NCBI RefSeq assembly: GCF_009914755.1
Contig: NC_060947.1
Source: the human T2T-CHM13v2.0 reference genome, Homo sapiens
Direction: 5' to 3' (one strand)
Length of the DNA stretch: 64,000 nt
The translations under genes were made by a program, and so were the position numbers. This document shows, piece after piece, positions 54,410 through 64,000 of this stretch (position 1 is its first letter; every line of letters begins with the position of its first letter). Under the pieces are notes generated by a model. It was not told where the DNA came from and ran no database searches. It saw nothing but the letters and a program-made list of their open reading frames with translations.

Positions 54410-55330
54410 AATCTTCATCCAACAAATATTTATATGTTGGCTACTTTGTACATGTTGTTGGCAAGGAAGAAATATGATAAAAGATGTATTTTCTACCTTC
54501 AAGGATTACTTTGTATAAAGAAGCAGAAAGGCATGTAAACAAATACAGCACATTCTGAAAGGGTATGATAAAGGTAAACAAGGAATTCTGTGGGGCCACT
54601 CAGGGAAAACCATTAACTCAGATATGCAGTGACAGAGAAGGTTATCAAGGCAAATGAATACCTTAGCTCTGTATTAAAATATTGAAAACATTGAGCATAA
54701 GAAGGAAGTAGTAATAGCATGTTTTGTTAAAATAAAAATAGAAAGAAGAGTTGTATTAAAGTACCAGTAAGGACAAAGCCACAGGATTTGGTAGCGAGGA
54801 AAAGGAGAAGAAAAAGGCAGAAATAAAAGCTTTCTTTGGGGTTTTAGCAACTAGGAAGATGACATTCAGTGATATAGTGAGTATAGAAGAGGGAGAACAT
54901 TTAGAAAAAGACAGAAATGGGGTGATTTGAATTTTCTAGATATGGAGTTTTAGATGGCTATGGGACATGCACGTAGAGACATACATTGAATTGAACTTGA
55001 ATCTAAAGATGAGAAGACATCAGAGTTTGAGCTAAGCTTAAGGAGCCATCAATTTATTGACATAATTGAAACCATAAAGGCAGATGTGATTCTTCAGGGG
55101 AAGAGAGAAGCTAAAAATCCAGAACATTGATTATGGGGCCATAGGTAATAGTATCACTTACAGGTCAGATGGAGAAAAAGGTACCCATAAGGCAGTCTTC
55201 ATGAAGGAGTGACAAAGTAAGTTAAAAGAGAACTAAGAAAAGAGATATCCTGTGAGCTAATAAATGTGGGAAATTGAATGAGGAATTAGTCAACTGTATC
55301 TAGTGGCAACAGTAGCAGATAATCAAAACT
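54410..55330 (-). mobile_element. Decayed L2
   Basis: catccaacaaatattt start, purine-rich body, gagttttagatggctatgggacat..gtagaga. Confidence 0.6.
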
Positions 55331-56095
55331 TAAAAGTATCAAAATATGTGCTTTTTGTTGCCTACATAATAAAATTCTCAGCTTTTAGTCTAGCATTATG
55401 GTCTTTCAAAATTTTATCTCAAGCAAATTTCCTTGCTTCCTTTGCATATATCCTTTGTTCCAACTACGTTAGACTTCATGCTCTTCCCTAAATTGTCCCT
55501 TTTCATTCCAAACTCTTCCTCTCTTCACAGTGTATTTGAAATCTGTAATAAGCTTTCCACACTTATGTTTGTCAAAATTCTATCAATTATTTATATATTT
55601 GTTCAAGTTATTAATTGATAAAAGGAGAGAAAGAGAGAGAGACAGAGAAGGGAAGCACACAAGCACGGATGTAGCTAAATGTTAACTGATAATTCTGGTT
55701 TTGGGCAAGGGTATTCAGTTATTCATTGTATCATCCTTTCTACTCTCCTTTCAACTACTGTATGATTCTTTCAACTGTACATTAAAACATTTTTAAACTA
55801 AAAAGGTAAAAACCTGAGAAAAGCAAACAAAAAATAAGGTTATATATAAGGAACTATCAACCTGTCTAGCCCATATGCTAATTTTTTCATGAATCCTTCC
55901 TTGGTTTTCCCAGCCAAAGGTAATTTTTTATTTACCAAAGTTTCAGAATACTTAGATTACATCATTCTTACAGGATATTTTATTTTATTTTTTATTCTCA
56001 GTCTTTATTTAATTATACATAGGTACTTATTTTGATTCTTGAAAAACTGAATTTTTAAAAAAAAGTTAATCTCCATTGAATTATATTTTCTTTAG

Positions 56096-56185
56096 GTAAT
56101 TATTTTGCTTCTTGAGACTATTCATTATGACTGCACTCCTCTTGATCTTTGTGCAGTGCCCCGCTTTATACATGCTAACGATGCG
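56096..56185 (+). other. Candidate internal exon (90 nt, symmetric); gene unknown
   Basis: ttatattttctttAG acceptor, GCG|GTATGT donor, single open frame VIILLLETIHYDCTPLDLCAVPRFIHANDA, 3 CpGs in a CpG-poor non-repeat context. Confidence 0.35.
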
Positions 56186-56529
56186 GTATGTTTGTTGAAC
56201 TGAGTGAAGAAGCTGAAGGAGAAAGACATTTTCAGCTAGTTCATGGTAGACACTTTCATATATGTGTGGAAGTTGTTTCATTCAACAGATTTTGAGTTTA
56301 GCCATGAATATGGGGACAAGGATATTGCTAGCCTAAGTTTAACAAATAATATATTCACTGATATGTTGAAGATAATAATACTGAAGGTAGAATTTATCCA
56401 CTGCCCTGTTAAGCAATGAAAAAACTTCCGTGTCTAAATCTATTTGTTGGTACAATTTCATTGTAAAGAAAATCCATACTAATTTTCTTATGTTAATTTT
56501 CCAAGTTATTACAATCACACCAATTTATT

Positions 56530-56780
56530 TTCTTGAGGAATGGTTAAATATAATGAAAAGTTTATTTATTTGGGATTAAAGAAAATGACCAAGATGTGAA
56601 TCTCAGCTCTATTATTTACTAGATATATAAACCTAAGTTAGTTATTTAAGCTCTGTGACCCTCAGCTTCCTCATATGTAAGTTAAAGACTATATTACCTA
56701 TGCAGTAGAAATGCTAGAAGCATTAAGTCAAATGTTTTATTCAAGTTCTGACCATACAATGTGTGACACATAACACATCT
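56530..56780 (+). mobile_element. MIR
   Basis: tgaatctcagctct...aagttagttatttaagctctgtgaccctcagcttcctcatatgtaa core. Confidence 0.75.
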
Positions 56781-57329
56781 TAAATAGACAGCAGTATCTT
56801 TTCTCCTCTTTTCTGAAGTCATGAGATCTGCCCGTTATTATAGTTCCCAAATGTAAAGGTTTCTAATCGGAATTTAGCTATTAATTTGCTTTTAAATACT
56901 TCCTTTTTCATAATCACCTGAACAATCCTGAACTAGATTATTCAATACGCATATAGTGTTTCCTTTCACACATAGCTTGCTTAACTGTTTTTAGATTATC
57001 CTTTCATTTACATGAAAGATGGTTGTTGTGTTTGAAAGGTTTGAACAATAGGTGTTCAATTGCTTCAATTAAGAGAAAAAAAAGAAAAAAACGTACATAT
57101 TAAAGACTGTGGACCCTTGCCCAAGAAAAACCTATTTTCTCTCTATTCATATTTCTCGATGAGATTTATAGTGAGAATAAAATCATCCTTAACTGGTGAA
57201 GACACTCTAAATTTGATATATAATGCATTTAGCAACATCAAAAAAGTCTAATAGCCTGGAAAGCTTAAAACTCTCTATATGTAATCGCAACCTCTCTAAT
57301 AAGGAAGCCACATTTCTGGGGAGAAAAGA

Positions 57330-57570
57330 GATTAAACACATGAATTTTCTTGTCAGACATAACTAGATTTGAGTCTGATCTGCAGCTTACCACCTATGTG
57401 GCCAGAATAAGCAAGTATAACAATCTTGCATCAGTTAATCCTATTTTTAAGATAAAAAAATTACTGCTCACCTCAGTGTTGTTTTGCTTATATGAAATAA
57501 TGTATATTAAACAATAAATACACTGCTTGGGTTATACTAAGTGCTCAAAGATATGCCTATTTATTATTAC
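57330..57570 (+). mobile_element. Decayed MIR
   Basis: ctagatttgagtctg...taatgtatattaaa...taagtgctcaaa..tattattatt. Confidence 0.6.
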
Positions 57571-58054
57571 TACTATTATTTTTCTGTAAGAACCTAAACA
57601 TTAAATATATTCCACTTTTGTAAAGAAACAAAAATATATAGAAATAAATTCACTTGTCTAAAAGCACAGAGTGGATTAAAAAACCTAGAACTGAAAGACT
57701 TCAGTCTTCTGACACCCAACCCCATTTAACTATGTTATTAGACCTCAAATATAAATTAAGCATGCTTCAGGGTTACCATTATCTAGAATAATGTTACTTT
57801 CAGATATAAGTAAAAAATACACTGAACATTTTGTCAAGTTGTTATGGCATTTTATGTCTAAGTTCTCCTGAATTGTAGGGTGTAAATGTGTCATTAACAA
57901 TCCTAGGTTTATGGCTGAGGCCCTTATAATAGAAGACAGACTAACAAGAGAAAAGTACACACATTTATTTAATACAAGTTTTAGGTGACACGGGAGCCTT
58001 CATCAGGAAACCAAGACCTCCAAAATTTGTAAGCCTGTGTATTTTTTATACTAG

Positions 58055-58913
58055 TGTTGTAGTCTTACCAATGCACCAAAATGTAACAGTCTCTCATTGT
58101 CTGAGATTATGCCCAGAATTGCTTGTCTTACCTCCAAAAAAATTAAGAAGTACGGACACAAAGATGAGGTTGAAGCAAAAGTTTAAAAAACCAAAGAAAG
58201 CTCTTTGCTAGCAGAGAGGGAGTCCCGAACAGTGGTACCTCCTATGAGGTCTGTTTTGGGGTTTCTATGGACTGGAAAACGGAAGGAATGTGCTTAGGCT
58301 GTCTTGGAGAACATGTCATTCAACTTGGCCTGCGACCCTGGCCCAGGACCAATCAGAAAGCTTGGCCTGGGACCTTGGCCCAGGACCAATCAGGAGCTGA
58401 AATAATGATTCATAGCTGCGACTTAGCTTGGCCCAGGACCTATCAGAAGCTGAAGTGAAAGTTGGCCTGGGACCAATCAGGGGCTGAAGTGATGATTCAT
58501 GGAAGCGTGACTTACAGTCCAAATAAAGGAAAATAGAGTGCCCACTGGAACCCACCAGAGCCCACCGTGCCCATTCCCACAAAAAGGAGAATAAATGTTT
58601 TCCTACGAGCCTGCTGACTATACAAAAGACAAAGGCATTGTTATGCCAGGCCTTGTTCCCGTAACTGAGTGAGCTGGAGGTTTGTGCAAGTTTTTATTCA
58701 AATGGGCCAGAGGTTTTTCTATCTGTGCAACCATGGGCATTTTTCTCTAGGTACAACATCCTATGTTAGTTCCCTTATCAGTGCCTGCTGCCTAAATTTT
58801 TTCTCAGGCTGCTTTTTATTTTATGTGGGAATGAGGCACTAACCCACGGGCCGGGGGTTTTCCAGGGAACCTTCCTTGCTATCTACCTAAGGCAAGCTAA
58901 ATAACTCCTTTCA
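58055..58913 (-). mobile_element. MER50-like solo LTR
   Basis: TG...CA ends, perfect 4-bp TSD CTAG, tandem ggaccaatcag units. The reverse strand starts TGAAAGGAGTT. Confidence 0.85.
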
Positions 58914-58938
58914 CTAGGTTTGATAAAGTGGATAGTAG

Positions 58939-59451
58939 TGAGGCAAGAGAATAGAGTCTGGAGGCAGGGAACATAGACGGCTGATTCATGCTGACTGAAT
59001 GTTAGAGGCTACTCCATTTTCAACCTCTCCTTTTTCCGCTTTTTCTGCGTGGCAGTTGCTGTGTGGTAGCTGCAAACCCTTCTTTTTCTGCATGGCAGTT
59101 GAAAAATGAAAGTACCTTTGATAGGTCCCCTCCCACAACCAATCAGACCGGTTGTAGGCCTACTCTTCACTCTAATTGGTCCCCTCCCGCAACCAGTCAG
59201 ACTGGTCACCATGGGCCACTACTTTATTTGCATAGAGTGAAGCAATGGGAAACCACCAGAGGGTATTTAAACCCCAGAAACCTGTGTAACCAATGCTCTT
59301 AAGCCACTGGCTCCAGCCTGCTCCCACCCTGTGGAGTGTACTTTCTTTTAAAATAAATCTCTGCTTATGCTTTCTTGCTTTGTTTGTGTGTTTTGTCCAA
59401 TTCTTTTTTCAACATGCCAAGAACATGGACAATTATCCTCAACTGGTAACA
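58939..59451 (+). mobile_element. MER51-like solo LTR
   Basis: TGAGGCAAGAGAATAGAGTCTGGAGGCAGGGAAC...CTGGTAACA with CCAAT, ATTTGCAT, TATTTAAA and AATAAA. TSD gtag/atag. Confidence 0.85.
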
Positions 59452-60854
59452 ATAGTGGAGAAGTATGACTGAATAAAAAAGTATGATCAAGTGACAACAA
59501 ACTGGAGGAAATATAACATGACCCATTTTGTTCAGATTTTTATCTGTGTCTTTTCATTTTCAGAAGTAATAATGTTCTATTTCTCTGAATATAAAGAGGG
59601 CACCTCTCACGTGAGGTTTCTATGATCTGCTTCAGAGAAACGTCAGAAAATTTTTCCTAGGTTTTCCCTTCTTCAGGGGAGAAACACAGAAAAGGGTGAG
59701 AGAATAACCTTGCTGCTTCTGTGATTTTCCTCAAATTCCTTCAGCTTAAATACATTTGGTGTAGCATATCCTGAACCATACCAGTGTATGTCATGTTACC
59801 TCACATCTGAATGACATGTCTCCTGGGGTTTTGTTCATCTTTAGCATTCTTAGATTTAAGGGAATTGCTGTTGCAATTAACAAGTGTGCCAACAAAACAT
59901 GAAACTGGAATATTTGCAGAGCATCTCTGAAGTTGAGTTTCCTTTTATGATTTTTTTTAATCATTAAACTTATCTCGGTATCTATAATTCAAAGACAGTA
60001 TAGAGACTTAAAGTTGAAAAATAAAATGACAGTTTACATTACAAATATATATTTATAGTGTATAAATTATTTGCATGCTGCTCAGAATTATAGGTAAATT
60101 ATTTTCTGTGAGCTCAATTATATTTTTCATGCTATTATAAAACTAATAAGCCAAGTATTTTCATCTTAGAAAAATTCCTAGTGGAATTTGATATTTTTCT
60201 TCTTTCCCATATATGTTGAATATGTTATTTCTGCTGTGTCTCTAGCCACAACAAACTATTCCTAGATCCCTGTTTCTCTGACTATACATTTCCTTCTGTT
60301 TGGGCTGCTCCCTCTCTTTTCTATACTTCTGTGATTGTAGAGAATCACAGATTCTCTACAATTTTTATAGAGAATTTTTTATTTTTTTTTGTAGAGAATC
60401 TTTCTACTGTTTTTGTAGAGAATCTTTCTCGGCCCAAGTTATCACATTTTCAATAGCCAGTTGAATGAATGTACTTTGATAACTCCAGTCTGGTGAACAA
60501 CTTTAGTTGAAAAAACCAACAATTTTAAACGTATTGCTGTTGCTCATGGAATTTATTATGATATGCAGTATTGGAAAACTAAGTGATAGATTAATAAGTA
60601 ACCAAATATTCTCAATTGTAGGAATTCCTCAATGGAACCAGGAGTATTTGAAGGCTTTTAGAATGTTGACTGGAACTGACTGAACAATTAAGTGCTTATT
60701 TGGATATTTCTAAATATTTGCTTACATTACAAGGTTAGAATAATGCCATCTTGCATAAACAATGTTTAAGAGTTTAAAGACCCATAAAGGTCACTTGAGG
60801 GCCAAAATAATTGAAATAAAAAAGAAGGCATACATTCAAATACAAAAGAAAATG

Positions 60855-61077
60855 TGATGGTATAATGGTAAAGACAATGTGTTTAAGAGCTTAACTGTAT
60901 GGGTTAAAATTCTGCCTTTTCTAGTTAATAAACATGTAATATTAAGAATAGTCTACCTTTAAGTTCCTCATCTGCAAAGTGGGATAATATTAGTACCTAT
61001 TATATTGCATGGTTGAGGAAAAATTGAATTAATACACAACAGGCATTTAGGAGAATACTCAGTAAAGTCTAGCTACT
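60855..61077 (+). mobile_element. MIR
   Basis: agttcctcatctgcaaagtgggataatattagtacct core. Confidence 0.75.
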
Positions 61078-61530
61078 TATGATAATTAATACTGAGTATC
61101 AACTTGATTTGGATTGAAGGATGCAAAGTATTGATTCTGGGTTTATCTGTGAGGGTGTTGTCAAAGAAGACTAACATTTGAGTCAGTGGGCTGGGAAAGG
61201 CAGACCCACCCTTAATCAGGGTGGGCAAAATCTAATCAGCTGCCAGGACAGCTAGGATAAAAACAGGCAGAAGAACATGAAAAGACTACACTGGCTTACT
61301 CTCCCAGCCTACATCTTTCTCCCATGCTTGATGTTTCCTGCCCTCAAACACTGGACTCCAAGTTCTTCAGCTTTTGGACTCAGACTGGCTTCCTTACTCC
61401 TCAGCTTGCAGGTGGCCTATTGTGAGAACTTGTGATTGTGTGAGTTTAATACTCCTTAACTAACTCTTCTTTATATATATGCTATTTGTTCTGTCCCTTT
61501 AGAGAACCCTGAATAATACAGATTTTGGTG

Positions 61531-61852
<322 letters not shown>

Positions 61853-61894
61853 CTAGAAGAAAAGAATATTAAGGATAGAGTTCTTTAATTGGTT

Positions 61895-62615
61895 TTGAGG
61901 TTTCTGGAGTTGGCTGCTTAACATGATTAGATCCAAAAATGCTAAGTACTCTACTTATAATAGTATGGAGAACACTGATAGTCCTTGTCATGAACTGTTT
62001 AGAAAATTATGCAAAATACATGCATTTGGCATTCCTGATTCACTGCTCATGAGAAGCAAGGAGTTTTGTGATGATTTACATAATACCTTTGACTAGATGT
62101 GGAGAATCTAGGAACATAATGAAGTTAGTTGGTTGCTGCTAAGTTCACTGAACAAAGTCATGAAAGAAAATGATGTTTATCACTCAGGTATTCTAACTCC
62201 TGGCTTGAGAAGCAGATACTGAGCCTCAAATCTGCTAAGATTGCCCTGAGTGAGAGTTTTATGTCCTGTAGAGAAAGAGCTAAAATTGTGGAAAATCAGA
62301 CACAAGCTCTTATCATGAGAGTGGCTGACCTGCAATGAAAGGTACATGCACAGCCTTGCCAGGTGTCTACTGTTAAAGTGAGGGCATTTATTTGAAAAGA
62401 ATGGAACCCTGCAATTTGAAATGGAGATGTGTAGGAGGACCCTGATGAAGCTGAGTACACTGAGGTTGTAAACTCTGATGAACCTTTTTTGCCAGAAGAA
62501 ACAGGTTACCTATCTCCAGTAGTGGCAACATCCCCTCCCAGACCCACACTGCCATCAGCCTTTACATCTTTGTCTGGGGAGATAAACCATGCAATGTCTG
62601 AAGCAACAGTGATGG
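61895..62615 (+). pseudogene. gag: ERV-L gag N-terminal remnant
   Basis: Reads FWSWLLNMIRSKNAKYSTYNSMENTDSPCHELFRKLCKI..., followed by stops. Confidence 0.75.
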
Positions 62616-64000
62616 CAGAAATGGGGACTGTAATTGCCATGAGTATTTTCTCTTCCTTTTGTTAAAAACACATTTGTGAATGTATACACTTGTACTAAGA
62701 AAATACCTTCATTTTATTTTTTTTCTATATTATGTGACATAATATTTATTGACTTTATATGAGCATTTAATTGTTAACTTTATGTAATAGCATTTGGGTT
62801 GGGGATTGGTGTGTTTCCAGTTATATGAAGGATAATTGTACTATGTTAGGCATAATTATTACCTTATTATTGTCTCTGTTTGAGGATTATATATGATCTC
62901 AGGAGACGTGTATGGGTTCAAGTGGACAAGGGGTGGACTTTCGATGGTTAATACTGTCAACTTGATTGAATTGATGGATGCAAAGTATTTATCTTGGGTA
63001 TGTCCATGAGGATGTTGCCAAAGGAGACTAACATTTGAGTCAATGGGCTGGAAAAGGCAGGCCCACCCTTAATCTGGATGAACACAATCTAATCAGGAGT
63101 CAGCACAGCCAGAATAAAAAGCAGGCAGAAGGATGTGAAAAGACTAGACTGGCCTAGGCTCACAGCCTACATCTTTCTCCTGTGCTGGATACTTCTGGCC
63201 CTCAAACATCAGACTCCAAGTTCTCCAGCTTTTGGGACTTGGACTGGCTTCCTTCCTCCTCAGCTTGCAGATGGCCTATTGTGGCACATTGTGATCGTAT
63301 GAGTTTAATACTCTTTAATAAACTCATTCTGTCCCTCTAGACAACCCTGACTCACTTAAAGATACACTTTGTGAGGGCAGGGCTATTTTCCTATTTTATT
63401 ATCTGTTATATCCCCTGGGCATGGTAGTTATTTGAATGGAGTAGGTGTTCAACAATTTTTAGTTAGATTAGTAATTCTATTAAGAGGAAAGCTTATGGAA
63501 TATGTATCAATTTCAGGTCATTTATTTCCAATGATTCTGTTAATGTGTTATCAGTTGTATTTTAAATGATAAATCTTCAAAAATAATTTGAATTTATTAT
63601 TAAGAATAACAATATGTGTTATACCATCATCTGGGAAATATAATTTTAAAAAGAAAGCTTCATGCCAATGCAAATGGAAAATATATTTTCAATGGATTCT
63701 GATCATGTGGTTACCAAATTTAAATTTCAAAATCAAAAATATTAACACACTTGACAAAATTTCTAACTTTATCATTTGTATTTAGGATAGGCTATATAAG
63801 CATTTCTTAAAATATGTTTAGAAGAACAATTTTTTTAAATGCTCTCTGAAATTGGAGGGCATGGTTTAGAGTCAAATAAATTTGGAATATTGAATAGTAT
63901 ATCCATACCTTGGAGGTTTAAAATGTACATTAGGGTGTTAAAGTTTCTTTGAAGATGAGAAATAAAGGAAATTGTGTAACCATCTACTCTTCCAAGCTAT

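Larger units (their letters stand above)
57874..59784 (-). mobile_element. MER67-like ERV1 LTR, host, in three pieces (57874-58054, 58914-58938, 59452-59784)
   Basis: aagacagactaacaagagaaaa...gtgacacgggagccttca...tttttatactag|gtttgat...gtggagaagtatga reads continuously once the two inserts are removed. Confidence 0.7.

Noticed and set aside
58321-58490. Repeated units as a CRISPR-like array
   Set aside because: Degenerate internal tandem repeats of an ERV1 LTR, with no unique spacers and a eukaryotic context.

Overview
This is primate (catarrhine, human-like) nuclear DNA, AT-rich and gene-poor. It consists mostly of decayed, nested transposable elements. No intact protein-coding gene, RNA gene or CRISPR array is supported, and nearly all listed ORFs are repeat-derived or chance ORFs. 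Main content: (1) 1-5606, the 3' part of a dead betaretroviral HERV-K-like provirus (most like HML-5/HERVK22 with LTR22; pol, env, PPT, 3' LTR), inserted in a MER4-type LTR. (2) 9-49 kb, a dense pile of L1s of several ages with Alu, MaLR, ERVL LTR and Tigger-family insertions, including a near full-length L1PA8A-like element that hosts a 5'-inverted L1PA4-like copy. (3) 49-58 kb, mostly unique or ancient sequence with one candidate 90-nt exon. (4) 58-60 kb, three nested ERV1 LTRs. (5) 61-63.4 kb, a deleted two-LTR HERV-L/MLT2 provirus. I found no evidence for a new biological system. The best leads are structural: a 641-bp Alu-Alu-unique block replacing part of env with no target-site duplication, a perfect spacerless 88-bp palindrome, several further fold-back scars, and an old L1 whose two halves face opposite ways about 9 kb apart. 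Repeat subfamily names come from recalled consensus sequences, not from a search, and boundaries of old repeats are approximate.
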